Shown: piece by piece, positions 1-10,839 of the stretch
Numbering within the stretch: position 1 is the stretch's first letter
Layout of the letters: the number at the start of each line of letters is the position of its first letter
Source: a virus
Taxonomy: Duplodnaviria > Caudoviricetes
Direction: 5' to 3' (one strand)
Length of the DNA: 64,000 bases
IMG/VR virus record: IMGVR_UViG_3300028048_000045
Coordinates: 64,001 to 128,000 of that record
Translations under genes and position numbers: made by a program
The notes under the pieces: generated by a model
Seen by the model: only the letters and a program-made list of their open reading frames with translations
What the model was told of the DNA's origin: nothing
Database searches by the model: none

Positions 1-1
1 T

Positions 2-1771
2 AAGTTAGATATAACTCCAGATTTGGAAGATAACTTAACCTTTAAAACTTATTTAAAAGGTGGTCCGTTTGTTAGAAATTATGATAATAGTCCTGTAAAT
101 GATGCCGAAGTATCAGATTCAGACTATGCAAGTACTGAAAAATATAAACGTTTAGCTCCACACTTAGGTATTGGTTTAGGTGAAGCAACGATATTAAATC
201 CACAATTCCAATTCAATAAACGTGATGATCCTAGAACTAATCCAGTTTATACTAAGATTGGAAGAATTTATTCTTCTGAAGTTATGAATAACTGGCCTAT
301 AGTTTTATTCCAACCTGGAAGAATTAAATATCATACAGGATTCTTTAAAATGCTTGGACTTGGTTCCGGGGCAGGTATGAATGAAACTTTAATTCGTACT
401 GGTGGAGAAGGATTGTTAGGAGTTCTTTCTAAACTTTGGACTGGTGTAACAGATATTTTAGGTGTGGTAGGTTCTATAGGTTCTGCTATATTTGGTGGAA
501 ATAAAGTTATTGAATTTAGGCAGGCTAGAAACCTATTCAAACAATATGTAGAATTTCTTTGGAAAGATTTAGCAACAATTATGGGACTTTATACAGATAA
601 TGGATATTGTGGTTCTATTAAAGATCTAGATCTTAATAAAGTTATACCTACAAATATTATGAATGCTGAAGGTGGATCTGGAGTAAATGTTTTAAACGAC
701 CAATTTATTTCTTTCAGATGTTCTAAAGATGTAATTGGATCTGAATCATTTTCAAACTCTACAGAAACTAACCCATTGATGGAAAGTATGAATGCTACAG
801 CTGCTCAAAATGATGATGCTAATCCTAATAGTGGTGAAACTGGATTAGGTGCTGTTACAGCTGGTGTTAAAAAATTAGGTTTGAAAATGGCTTCTTCATT
901 CTCAGAACAAGCTGCAGTATTATCTGGAAAAGGACGAATTACATTACCGGATGTATTCTCATCAAGTTCTTTCTCTAGAACATTTACTTGCTCATTTAAA
1001 TTTCATTATCCGTACGGTGATCCTATGGGTAAATTTGAAAATCTATATATTCCATTTTTAACATTACTTACTATGAGTGCTCCTAGACAAATTGGTAAAA
1101 TGTCTTATACATCACCATTTGCTGTAAGAGTATTCGTTAAAAATAAAATTATGATTAATTATGGAATGGTTGAATCATTATCTGTAACTCGTGGTGGAGA
1201 TGGAAATGATTGGGGTCCAGATGGTTTCCCAAAAACAATGTCTGTTGAAATCAATATTAAAGATATGGAACCTAATATTAGTTTACCATTAGCATCTCGT
1301 GGGCCAGTTCGTATGGCTTTGGAATCAATGTTCCCATCTTGTGGTATTTCTGAATATTTAGCAACACTTGGTGGTTTATCACTTGATGATATGACACATA
1401 ACTTCCGTAAATCGCATTTCAAACGTGCTGGAATGATGTTTGTAAATGCTTGGAAAGCTAAATTAGATCCATCAAACATAGTATCGTCAGTTACTAACAC
1501 TAGAGCAATTTCTAATATTATAGGTTTATTCTCTTCAGTAGATTTCGATACTTATAATTCTCTTGGTAATTTTGCTAAAGAAAATGCGGATCAAATTTTG
1601 AAAAACACAGCTAATGTAAAATTTGCAGCGCCATCATTTGGTTACCATTTCGTAAACAGATCTGGTGGAGATGGTTATAATGAAATTGCAAAGATACATA
1701 AAGCTGATAGTGAATCTATTTCAGCAATTTCATCTGAATTTACAAATTCCAACTATCCTGAAATAAAATAA
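2..1771 (+). CDS. Virion tail/baseplate protein (tail-tube initiator / baseplate hub-like); 5' end lies outside the window
   Basis: The frame is open from base 2 (aag tta gat...), so the TTG at 23 is not the true start. The C-terminal LPDVF..SSFSRTF..F..PYGD..YTSPF..GMVESLSVTRGG..W..DGFP..INIKDM pattern resembles jumbo-phage tube-initiator proteins. It lies among baseplate genes. Confidence 0.55.
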   Translation, partial: KLDITPDLEDNLTFKTYLKGGPFVRNYDNSPVNDAEVSDSDYASTEKYKRLAPHLGIGLGEATILNPQFQFNKRDDPRTNPVYTKIGRIYSSEVMNNWPIVLFQPGRIKYHTGFFKMLGLGSGAGMNETLIRTGGEGLLGVLSKLWTGVTDILGVVGSIGSAIFGGNKVIEFRQARNLFKQYVEFLWKDLATIMGLYTDNGYCGSIKDLDLNKVIPTNIMNAEGGSGVNVLNDQFISFRCSKDVIGSESFSNSTETNPLMESMNATAAQNDDANPNSGETGLGAVTAGVKKLGLKMASSFSEQAAVLSGKGRITLPDVFSSSSFSRTFTCSFKFHYPYGDPMGKFENLYIPFLTLLTMSAPRQIGKMSYTSPFAVRVFVKNKIMINYGMVESLSVTRGGDGNDWGPDGFPKTMSVEINIKDMEPNISLPLASRGPVRMALESMFPSCGISEYLATLGGLSLDDMTHNFRKSHFKRAGMMFVNAWKAKLDPSNIVSSVTNTRAISNIIGLFSSVDFDTYNSLGNFAKENADQILKNTANVKFAAPSFGYHFVNRSGGDGYNEIAKIHKADSESISAISSEFTNSNYPEIK

Positions 1772-1780
1772 ATATAAAAT

Positions 1781-1810
1781 AATCTTGGTGGGATTATTCC
1801 CACCAAGATT
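1781..1810. terminator. Bidirectional intrinsic terminator between convergent genes
   Basis: Perfect 13-bp stem aatcttggtggga-ttat-tcccaccaagatt. Confidence 0.85.
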
Positions 1811-1816
1811 TATATA

Positions 1817-4048
1817 TTACATTACGTAATTTCTAATATCAGCAATATCTTCTTTTGAAAGGAAACCAAGTTTATCTGCTGTAATATAAGCTGTTGAAAT
1901 TGCTTTGGCTTTATTTCTAATTAGAAGAGCCTCAGATGAATTTTCAATAGTCTTATCAGCAGCAAGCTTAGACATTACCTTTTCAAAAATATTCGAATCG
2001 ATCTTAGTTGTATCTTCTTCTTCAAGAATAAGTTCAACCAATTTATCGGTATCGAAGTTATATTTTATACCGCTGTTTCTAAGTTTTTCATTCCAGTTAG
2101 AACGAACTTCTTTCTTAATCTTTTCTGCTTCTTCAAAGAATGAATAACCATAAGCATCGATATCTTTAAGAGAAGTCAATGTTACTCTCTGATTATCATT
2201 TCCATCTTTTTCAGAACAGAATACCTGCATATCCATCAAATCACTGAGACTAATCTGAGATTCAATAGACTGAAGAGCTTCGATTTTATTTTCAACTTCG
2301 AACTTTTCATTAGGTTCAAGATTTACAACCTTTTCATTGAGAAGTTCATTAAGATATCCGAGCTGTTCCTTATTACCAATAACATCAGATCTATCAGCAA
2401 TTTCAGATTTAACGTCAGAAATCTTAAGAGCGAGTTTGAAAATATCAGCAAGTTCATGTTCATGAAGTTCTTCTTTAGAAGCCATGTCTTTAGTCATAGG
2501 CTTAATAAGTTCAGGGTTGAAAAGTGAATTTACAGCATTTTCTACAGGATTACCAGTTCTCTGGAATTTATTATCCAAAATACCAGCGATACCCATATCT
2601 TCAAGAAGTTTGTTAACTCCTTCTTCAGTAGCGTTGATCTTTTCACAAGTATCAGTAAGCTGTTTATCGATATCTGACTTAGCCATTCCTTCGATAACAT
2701 CGCCTTCTGTCTTATTAAGCATTTCAAATGCATGAGATGCTCTAGTACGCATTGTGTCGAAGAACATCTTACCATTATCTTTCTGAAGAGCCAAATAAGC
2801 TGTAAGTTTTGAAGAAGGTTCAAATGCATGAGTTCCAATCTTTTTAAGATTCATAGGAATAATATTCTGAACCATAGCTTCGAGACTTGGAATAGGATCT
2901 GGTGTAATTTCATTATCATATGAAGACTGGAATTCTTCGATAACATTTCCATTATCATCTTCATAATCATTTTCAGTAGATTCAGCTGTAGATGAACCCT
3001 GGTTATCGATACAAGATTCACCATTATCACTGCTTACTGAATATGCTTCATCGTCATTAACTGTGTTAGGATCAATGCCATCATCAAGTTCACGGAATTG
3101 ATCGAGAATATCTTCAGCAGCTTCTCTTGAGAAAGAAGTAGGATCGTAGTTTGTTGACCAGTCTTCACCAGACTGAATAGATGTTCCACCAATATCTCTC
3201 ATTGAGAAAAGATCTTCACATGAAAGCATCTTATTTTTCTTACCACGTTTCATAGCTTTAATGAGGAGACCTTCAGTTGCTTGAGCAGCATCTCCCATAT
3301 CAGCATCATCTGTAGAAGTATCATCACTTGATGTATCGTTTGAAGAATTATCGCCATTTTCTTTAGCTTCTTTTTCTTCATCAGTTTCACCATTGATCTT
3401 CTTTTCGATTTCGGCTTTAGTTTCATTAATTTCTGAAACAGCTTCACGAATTACAGAATTTTTAGCTTCAGTTTCAAGAACTAATTTAGATACTGTATCT
3501 TTAATATCGTCAACAAGTTCAGCACCTTCTGTAGACATAAGAACTTCCAAACCTTTCTTAAGGTTTTTACCATTATCAAGCTGTTTGATAAAGAGAGGTT
3601 CGTAAATAGTATCTACATATTTTGCAGCATCTTCGAAACTCATATTGTTAATCTTTCCAGCATCGAAATCAGCTTCAAGCATTTTAGCACGGTCATCAGC
3701 TTCATTATAAATATGAGCTGCTACAAGTTGCATGATAGATTCTGTAAGATTTTTAGGATTTACAATTTCATGAGCTACATTAACGTTGTACAGTGCACCA
3801 GTTTCTTCATTAACAGCATTGTTAACGAATTCTTTAGCTGAATCTTTAATTGTTTTTGTAACTTCATTTAAGATTGCTTCCTTTGTATCAGTTCCAAGTT
3901 CTACATTTTTTGGAGCATCAATTGTTACAGCATCTTTAATCATTGAAGACATAAAGCCTTCCATACAAGATTCATATGAGCGTTTCTTATATTCTTTAGA
4001 AGCGTTGTCTACAACAGACATAAAGTCATTTTTATTATCATTAACCAT
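1817..4048 (-). CDS. Virion structural protein, probably processed by the prohead protease
   Basis: 743 aa, acidic linkers, many S/A/G-x-E sites (SYE, STE, ATE, SCE, SGE, SLE); aaggag RBS; downstream of the baseplate gene in a late operon. Confidence 0.5.
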   Translation of the reverse strand: MVNDNKNDFMSVVDNASKEYKKRSYESCMEGFMSSMIKDAVTIDAPKNVELGTDTKEAILNEVTKTIKDSAKEFVNNAVNEETGALYNVNVAHEIVNPKNLTESIMQLVAAHIYNEADDRAKMLEADFDAGKINNMSFEDAAKYVDTIYEPLFIKQLDNGKNLKKGLEVLMSTEGAELVDDIKDTVSKLVLETEAKNSVIREAVSEINETKAEIEKKINGETDEEKEAKENGDNSSNDTSSDDTSTDDADMGDAAQATEGLLIKAMKRGKKNKMLSCEDLFSMRDIGGTSIQSGEDWSTNYDPTSFSREAAEDILDQFRELDDGIDPNTVNDDEAYSVSSDNGESCIDNQGSSTAESTENDYEDDNGNVIEEFQSSYDNEITPDPIPSLEAMVQNIIPMNLKKIGTHAFEPSSKLTAYLALQKDNGKMFFDTMRTRASHAFEMLNKTEGDVIEGMAKSDIDKQLTDTCEKINATEEGVNKLLEDMGIAGILDNKFQRTGNPVENAVNSLFNPELIKPMTKDMASKEELHEHELADIFKLALKISDVKSEIADRSDVIGNKEQLGYLNELLNEKVVNLEPNEKFEVENKIEALQSIESQISLSDLMDMQVFCSEKDGNDNQRVTLTSLKDIDAYGYSFFEEAEKIKKEVRSNWNEKLRNSGIKYNFDTDKLVELILEEEDTTKIDSNIFEKVMSKLAADKTIENSSEALLIRNKAKAISTAYITADKLGFLSKEDIADIRNYVM

Positions 4049-4069
4049 GACTAGTTATCTCCTTAAAAT

Positions 4070-7000
4070 TTATTCACCTACTACATTAACTGTAATATCA
4101 GGTTCGAAAACTATCGATCCGTCATCCGTAGATGTTACTTTTTGTGATACAGTTAATACTTCAGTTGAAACACTGGTATCATTTACAATGGTCTGTACCT
4201 CACCATTTTTATAATCATTAATTCTTACTATGTTAATGTATTCGATATCTGGAACAACTCCCTTAATAGCTTCGAAAAGACTATCAGTTGAGAAATTGTT
4301 ATCTCCAAGAGTTTCGATATAATTAGCAGTAGTAGAAATTATTTGAGAACGTTTGAATTCTATAGATTCATTAGTTTTAAATTTAACTCTGAATTCTATT
4401 TTCAAAGCTATATTCGAAATGTATTCATAATTGTTTGTTGAAAGTAAGAATGCTTTATATTTAGAAGATTTGCCAGAAGTATTCTTCAATCCTCCAAAGA
4501 TTTTACCACCATCAAACATATTAGAACGAATCTTAGAAATATTATCAGTAATATTTAAATACTTTTCACGAATTGTATTAAACATATCTTCTGAAGAGAA
4601 GTAAAGTCTATTAATCCATGGAACGTTTTTAATAATACCGATGTATTCTGTAGTTAAAGCTTTTCGCATTAAAGTAGGATCTGTAAATGCTTCTCTTTCA
4701 CTAAGATCTGAAAGTTCACCAGGAACATAAACTCCATTTCTAAGAACTTTCTTATACCATTTAGTATCACCTTTTTTATGCTTAATTCTAGCTTTAGCTG
4801 TATAATAATCTACACCAGGTTCGAAATCATCTAGATTTGAAACCAATGTATACATTTCATAGTTAGGATCGTAAGTATAATATTGTACAGTATCATCCGG
4901 ACCATATTCTATTTCATCTTCTGTTAATTTTGTATAATCATATACGAAATCTCCAGCTTTATGAAGAATCTTAAACTTAGGAACTACATTTCCACCTTTA
5001 AGTGAAATGAATATTGGTAATCCATCTTCTCCAATCTCAACTACATTTTCATAATAATTAGGATCGGATTTATTTTTAGATTCAGGATCATAATTCTTAT
5101 TAACTACATATTCTGTAGTTTCATAAGTTTCACCAACATCTTGTTCATAAGTTTCATATCCAGGAATTCGAGTTTCAATATCAAATTCTAGACCAAATGA
5201 TTCTGACATATTTTCAACCAATTTTACATAATCAGTTTCATATGAGATACAATCAGCATATCCATCAAACTTAGCAGATAATTCAAATTTAACTTCAGTA
5301 TCAACGTTATAATACACAGTATAATCTTTTGAAACTAAACTTGTATTACGTATACCTTTTAATTGAATTTGAGATTCATCTGTTACGAAGTTATTTGTTG
5401 TTACTGTAGCTTGATAAGCGATGTATCCATCTTCAAGCATAGTATCAACGTTAACTATTTTAATTTTTGTAGGATCTACTACATAAATAGTACCTGTATT
5501 CTTTCCAATCATTTTAAGATTGAATGAAATGTATTGTTTTAAATATGTACTTTCGTCTGTACTGTTTACATAGTTAATTTTATCATCAGGATCATGACAT
5601 TGAGCATATATTTTTTCAAGAGTATTTGAACCCGCATGTAATACAAATGAGAAGAAATAAGTATTTGCTAAATCTTTTTCAAATGTACCATCTATAGAAC
5701 CCTTAAATGGGTTTCTTAATATTTTTAAGAAAGGAACATCTACTTTATCCAATGTATAATCTTCTTTATAAGATTTAAATGATAAAATTTCCGTTTTATT
5801 TACAGTCATATCATAAACTGTAATTTTAGGATTTGTACTATTCTCATAACGTATATAGAATGGGAATTGTGCCTGTAAAATAGATTCAATATTAGATGTA
5901 TCGTTATAATCCAAAATATACTGTTTCCAAGATTTCAAATTCTTAGAAGGATCACCCTCATAGATTTTTGGAGAATATTCGAAACGTCTAGTTTCACTAT
6001 CATATGAGAAAACATCTGTAGGTTCAATCATATAATAATTATAACCAGAAATCAATAACGGTTTCTTTTTCAAATCGAAATAGAAATTATTAGATCCTGT
6101 TGAAAGAATCATATCATTGTAAACTAATTTGTCTAGAGCTTTATAGTAAAGATTGATAACATCGTGTCTATACTTCCAAGCATCCAAACCATATTCTTTA
6201 GCTTTATTAATGATTTCGTTTCCAGAAATAAGAATATTACGAGTATATTTTTTATTGATAACTTTTGCACGAATTTGTTCAATGTCAGTCTGATTAGAAC
6301 CACCTGTTGAAGCTTCATCACGAGCGAAAGCTAAAACAACAATATTCATTACAGTGTTTTGATAAGATATTGCTAAATCTTGAGCATAGTTGATAGTTAA
6401 ACTATTTAAATTGTTTATCATATTAGGAAATTTAATATTTCCTTCTTCACCCTTAGTTGTGTAAGTAACAATTCTTAATTTATCACCAATACTTAATGAA
6501 GCAACACCATTCATTTTACTAAACGTAATATTGTAATTCTGTTTATTACGTTTATAATCATAACTGTAATTGTATGAATTTTGTATTAATGGAGAACCAT
6601 CTGTAAATCCTTTCATAAGAACTTCACCGGATTTATTCTGACGAGTTCTAAATACTTCAACACCTATTAAAGAATCACTAAATGAAACTGTTGTATCTGC
6701 TGTATTAGGATCTGATACGTAAACTTCTGTTTCTTTACGTTCCATTTGAAACATCTTTAAGAAGAAAACTACATAAACATTACCATCGTATCTCATTTCA
6801 CGAGATGAAATGTATTGATTATTTATACCATAAATTAATCGCATTCCATCGTTATTATGATCAGGCATATTATATGTAGCAAAAATATTTACATCTCCAT
6901 CAGAAAGCTGTTTTACATTTACGATTACATCATAAGGTAAAGTAAAACTTGGATGGGATTCAAATACCGCAGTCATATTTTTATTAATAATTATTTTCTT

Positions 7001-7384
7001 TAAATCAGGAGTATCAATATCATCGATTGCATATTTTAGAATATCTTCTTTCTTTAAACAGAAAGCAATGGTAGTTGACGCTGGAGTACCAAATATACCT
7101 AATAATTCATCGGAATTTAACTTATTTATTAAAGATTTTGGTAAAATTGCTGTAGATTCATTTGTTTCATTGATTCTTGCAGCAGATTCATACATCATTT
7201 TGGCTGCACCTTGAGCTGTAAGATGCATAAAAATATTGAATGAATTACCTGGATCATCTGTTAATTCTTCTGTTTCATTAAGGGCATACTTTTTAAACAT
7301 TTTAGACCAAGCAGCTGTTAGAGCCATAGCACTATTATGATTATTGGCTTCTATAACGTCTTCAATATTAATTTTTGTAGCCAT
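4070..7384 (-). CDS. Baseplate wedge subunit (T4 gp6 / baseplate J-like)
   Basis: 1104 aa; GGSNQTDIEQIRAK motif typical of gp6/J wedge proteins; aaggag RBS; late promoter motif upstream. Confidence 0.65.
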   Translation of the reverse strand: MATKINIEDVIEANNHNSAMALTAAWSKMFKKYALNETEELTDDPGNSFNIFMHLTAQGAAKMMYESAARINETNESTAILPKSLINKLNSDELLGIFGTPASTTIAFCLKKEDILKYAIDDIDTPDLKKIIINKNMTAVFESHPSFTLPYDVIVNVKQLSDGDVNIFATYNMPDHNNDGMRLIYGINNQYISSREMRYDGNVYVVFFLKMFQMERKETEVYVSDPNTADTTVSFSDSLIGVEVFRTRQNKSGEVLMKGFTDGSPLIQNSYNYSYDYKRNKQNYNITFSKMNGVASLSIGDKLRIVTYTTKGEEGNIKFPNMINNLNSLTINYAQDLAISYQNTVMNIVVLAFARDEASTGGSNQTDIEQIRAKVINKKYTRNILISGNEIINKAKEYGLDAWKYRHDVINLYYKALDKLVYNDMILSTGSNNFYFDLKKKPLLISGYNYYMIEPTDVFSYDSETRRFEYSPKIYEGDPSKNLKSWKQYILDYNDTSNIESILQAQFPFYIRYENSTNPKITVYDMTVNKTEILSFKSYKEDYTLDKVDVPFLKILRNPFKGSIDGTFEKDLANTYFFSFVLHAGSNTLEKIYAQCHDPDDKINYVNSTDESTYLKQYISFNLKMIGKNTGTIYVVDPTKIKIVNVDTMLEDGYIAYQATVTTNNFVTDESQIQLKGIRNTSLVSKDYTVYYNVDTEVKFELSAKFDGYADCISYETDYVKLVENMSESFGLEFDIETRIPGYETYEQDVGETYETTEYVVNKNYDPESKNKSDPNYYENVVEIGEDGLPIFISLKGGNVVPKFKILHKAGDFVYDYTKLTEDEIEYGPDDTVQYYTYDPNYEMYTLVSNLDDFEPGVDYYTAKARIKHKKGDTKWYKKVLRNGVYVPGELSDLSEREAFTDPTLMRKALTTEYIGIIKNVPWINRLYFSSEDMFNTIREKYLNITDNISKIRSNMFDGGKIFGGLKNTSGKSSKYKAFLLSTNNYEYISNIALKIEFRVKFKTNESIEFKRSQIISTTANYIETLGDNNFSTDSLFEAIKGVVPDIEYINIVRINDYKNGEVQTIVNDTSVSTEVLTVSQKVTSTDDGSIVFEPDITVNVVGE

Positions 7385-7408
7385 AATAATTTCAGCTCCT
7401 TAAAAATT

Positions 7409-7421
7409 ATATAATAATGTC
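7409..7421 (-). promoter_or_regulatory. Late-type promoter motif GACA-N6-TAT
   Basis: Minus strand GACA TTATTA TAT, 25 nt upstream of the wedge gene; same spacing as 13 other sites. Confidence 0.6.
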
Positions 7422-7435
7422 AACCGTAATATATA

Positions 7436-7463
7436 AAACATTCGGGCAAAAACCCGAATGTTT
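7436..7463 (-). terminator. Intrinsic terminator
   Basis: 11-bp stem aaacattcggg/cccgaatgttt downstream of 7474..9177. Confidence 0.75.
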
Positions 7464-7473
7464 CTTAATATTT

Positions 7474-9177
7474 TTATTGTTTTTTAATATCAGGAGATAC
7501 TTCTGCTGATAAATCCAAATTTGTATAAGAAGGTTGAACCCATAAAAATTCTCGACCTTTATAGATAAATGGATAACCTCCCCAGAAGTTATTAGGACGT
7601 CTAGAATCAGGATATAAACTAGGTGGTAATTTACCAGACATACCTGGTTTCTTTACAAGATCCCATAATCCAGAAGGTCTATTAAATGATTTTTCAATTA
7701 TCTGTTTATCAGTTGCAGATGAAGTATCATATATATTAGAGCCTAAATTCTTTTCAGAACCTCTAGTATATAGATTTTCCCATAAAGGATCTTTAAGTTT
7801 TATCAACCATTCAGTTTGAGAAATAAAGTTAAAATCTGTAAATATCTGAGGATCCATTGGTGTATATCTATTAAAATGCCAGTTTACTGAAAATTTATGA
7901 AGCATATCAGGATCGATCTGATTATTATGAATTAACTGTTGTGATAATGGAAATGATGTAGGGAAACATCCTGTAAATTTACCAAAACGTTCGATTCTTC
8001 TACCATCTTCACCAATTACAAAAACATAAGCTGAACAAGTATAATCAAGAATACGTTCTGTGATATGTTCTCGAGTAGGCATAATGTAACCACGAGATAC
8101 ATAATGAATGTATAATAACCAAACCATGAATAATAATGAACCTGGAGAATAGGTGATATCTTCAATAGATGTTGTGAAATCTCCTTCTTTCCAGACACTA
8201 TCCATACCTGTTGCTACAGATAATGAAGTTCCGTGTTCATCTTCTTCATAATTATAAAGATCCAATTGAAAATCTTTAGCACCGTCCAAAGAAGTTACTA
8301 TATTAGAAAGCAATGGTATAAAAGGTGTAGTGTTTAAATAATCATCTCCACCGAATATAGATGTTTTAGCCTGGAATAAATTATTTTCTCTTAAAGTTCG
8401 AATGTATTTATTATTGGTTCCATTTTCATCTCTACCATTTGCATAAGCCAATGAAGTAGCTAGAGTTTTTGATACTGATGCATAAAAATCAGTATATTGA
8501 GATTTTAATGCATCTGAGTTTTTTGCTAAAATTTGTAAAGCATTTTCATCCATACCAATGGAATCCAAATTTACAGCTTGTAAGTTCGCAACATCTTCAG
8601 CATCATCTTCGGAATCATCAGATAAACCTGAAAAATCCTGTCCATTAGATGAATTCAAACCGTATTTAGCATATCCATCCTCTGGTGAAGTTCCAGCCAT
8701 ATTTTTTTCAGAATTTTGCATAGCGGTTTTAAACTTACCTAACATCTCTCCAAAATCTTTACTGTTAAAATTTGATGCATTAAATGCTGTAGGAGCATTG
8801 ATAAAATATTCGGGATCAGTTAATGATGCCATAATCATTTTACCAATATCTTGGGCATACAACCATTTAAAGAATGGAACCGAACTTATGTTTTCAAAAC
8901 TAAAGTTTAATTCAGGACGTGTGAAGAATACATAAGTTTTAGTAACTCTAGGTTGATCAATATTTCCTTTAAAACCTAATTTATTGTAATGAAACATATT
9001 TGCTTCAAATGGATCTGCTACATTTAAACCTTTAGCGTTTAAAGCATCTCCATATAGGTTATTAAGTCTTCTTAAAAAAGATATATCGTTTGTATTATAT
9101 TCGCTTACATTATTTTTGAATATTTTTTGAGATTCTCGTTGAAAATCTAATTCAAAAGGTTTCTTTTCTGTACTCAT
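7474..9177 (-). CDS. Virion structural protein (tail tube/baseplate-like)
   Basis: YVFFTRPELNF and LDYTCSAYVF..KFTGCFP motifs resemble conserved jumbo-phage tube-fold baseplate proteins; late promoter upstream. Confidence 0.5.
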   Translation of the reverse strand: MSTEKKPFELDFQRESQKIFKNNVSEYNTNDISFLRRLNNLYGDALNAKGLNVADPFEANMFHYNKLGFKGNIDQPRVTKTYVFFTRPELNFSFENISSVPFFKWLYAQDIGKMIMASLTDPEYFINAPTAFNASNFNSKDFGEMLGKFKTAMQNSEKNMAGTSPEDGYAKYGLNSSNGQDFSGLSDDSEDDAEDVANLQAVNLDSIGMDENALQILAKNSDALKSQYTDFYASVSKTLATSLAYANGRDENGTNNKYIRTLRENNLFQAKTSIFGGDDYLNTTPFIPLLSNIVTSLDGAKDFQLDLYNYEEDEHGTSLSVATGMDSVWKEGDFTTSIEDITYSPGSLLFMVWLLYIHYVSRGYIMPTREHITERILDYTCSAYVFVIGEDGRRIERFGKFTGCFPTSFPLSQQLIHNNQIDPDMLHKFSVNWHFNRYTPMDPQIFTDFNFISQTEWLIKLKDPLWENLYTRGSEKNLGSNIYDTSSATDKQIIEKSFNRPSGLWDLVKKPGMSGKLPPSLYPDSRRPNNFWGGYPFIYKGREFLWVQPSYTNLDLSAEVSPDIKKQ

Positions 9178-9205
9178 TTATAAAAATATCTCCGTTTAAT
9201 AAGAT

Positions 9206-9251
9206 ATATGTAAATGTCGATTTTTACTTTTAGACGAAAACAATTAAATAT
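9206..9251. promoter_or_regulatory. Back-to-back late-type promoters
   Basis: Minus strand GACA TTTACA TAT (9218-9206) and plus strand AACA ATTAAA TAT (9239-9251) in the divergent intergenic gap. Confidence 0.65.
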
Positions 9252-9285
9252 ACTTAATATAAAAATATCCTTTAAGGAGTAATAT

Positions 9286-10821
9286 ATGGGTTTCATAAGT
9301 GACGTTATTACACTTACTAGACTTGCAAATAAAATTAAACAAGATGCAGGTTTAGATTCTGAAAATATGAAAACAGCTGCAGCTTGTTGGTCTAAAGCTA
9401 AAGCTATTTCCGCTCAAGCTGCAAAATATGTTATGGAATATCCTGTAGCTTGCTCAAGTCAAATTACTGATTATAAAAAGGCTCTTGCTATTGCTAAACA
9501 AGTAGAACTTGATTGTGCTCGTTTCGTAATTTTAGCATCTGGATTAAATCCTATTGTAGATAGAAAACATGGTGATACAATTGAAGCCCATTTAAATTCA
9601 ATGGTTACTTCATTTGAATCTTATGGAGTTCCTTGTACAATAGAACCTGCTACTACAGAATTTATTAATGCTGGTAGAGAATATATGGATAAATATTTCT
9701 CAACAGAGCTTTATCATACTTATAAAGATGAAGAACCTGATAATTCTGTAGCCATGTCAACCGAAGCTATCGGAACTGTAAATGCTTTCAATGATGAAGG
9801 TGATGATGAAAATGTAATGAATAATCCTACCGATTTAAACGGCAATGATTATGATAATTTCTTAAAAAGAGCTTCATCTATATCTAAAGATCACGATGGA
9901 TCAGATTTAGCAACTTTCAAAGAACCTACAGAAGACAACTTCAAAGAACTTTATTTCCAATTAACTGGGCAGCAAATGAAAACTCCAGATGAATTAAAGG
10001 CTGAAGGTGTAGATTATACTAAAGCTAAAGCAGATTATGATGCTGCTTTTGATAAGTATTCTAATATCATGAAGCAGACAAAAATTTCTATGGCTATGGC
10101 TAATGCTAGAGATAATGCTGATATTCTTAGAAAGCTTCAGGATGTTGGTCCTACAATTGTAACTATTACATTGTATCTTACTGATGGTGCTGGTGGTCAG
10201 AGAGCAATTCAGTTACCTCTTGCTATTAAATCATCTCTTCAATTCGTAGATTCTATAGATCTTATGACTGTATTATCTAGAACTAATACAAACAATAGAA
10301 AACTTGATAGATTTATCAAAGTTACATCTGGTCAGATGGGATTCTTCAAAGATTGGTTAGCTTCTCTTAGCGAAATCAATGAAGATATCGATCGTGAAAA
10401 AGCATTAGGAAAAGTTCCTATTTTTAGACGTTTACTTGATGCTAAGAATCGTTATAGAATTAAAACTATTGCTGAAACTAGACCACGTCTTGCTAAATTC
10501 ATCGCAGGAAAGAATCAAAAAGATCTTCCTATGTGTACTATTGTTTGCACAGTAGCTGAACTTGAAGAAGCTTATAATCAAAAATGGACTTATATTTATC
10601 GAACAAGAAAGATTATCGATGATATTATCGATACTTATATGCTTCTTGGTTTTGGTGTAGTTGATACTACTTCGGATTATATTTATCTCTTCTATGCTGG
10701 AGAATCTGAACCACAGATTATTGCTATGGATAAACTTGGAAATAATGCTGGTGGTGATAATACTAATAAGTCTCTCGCAGAAGCTATTGCTAATACAACA
10801 CGTCTGTTAGCACGTCATTAA
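9286..10821 (+). CDS. Virion head protein, conserved jumbo-phage type
   Basis: 511 aa; aaggag RBS; late promoter; SFE/STE/STE processing-type sites. Confidence 0.5.
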   Translation: MGFISDVITLTRLANKIKQDAGLDSENMKTAAACWSKAKAISAQAAKYVMEYPVACSSQITDYKKALAIAKQVELDCARFVILASGLNPIVDRKHGDTIEAHLNSMVTSFESYGVPCTIEPATTEFINAGREYMDKYFSTELYHTYKDEEPDNSVAMSTEAIGTVNAFNDEGDDENVMNNPTDLNGNDYDNFLKRASSISKDHDGSDLATFKEPTEDNFKELYFQLTGQQMKTPDELKAEGVDYTKAKADYDAAFDKYSNIMKQTKISMAMANARDNADILRKLQDVGPTIVTITLYLTDGAGGQRAIQLPLAIKSSLQFVDSIDLMTVLSRTNTNNRKLDRFIKVTSGQMGFFKDWLASLSEINEDIDREKALGKVPIFRRLLDAKNRYRIKTIAETRPRLAKFIAGKNQKDLPMCTIVCTVAELEEAYNQKWTYIYRTRKIIDDIIDTYMLLGFGVVDTTSDYIYLFYAGESEPQIIAMDKLGNNAGGDNTNKSLAEAIANTTRLLARH

Positions 10822-10839
10822 TTGAATAGGAGATAAAAT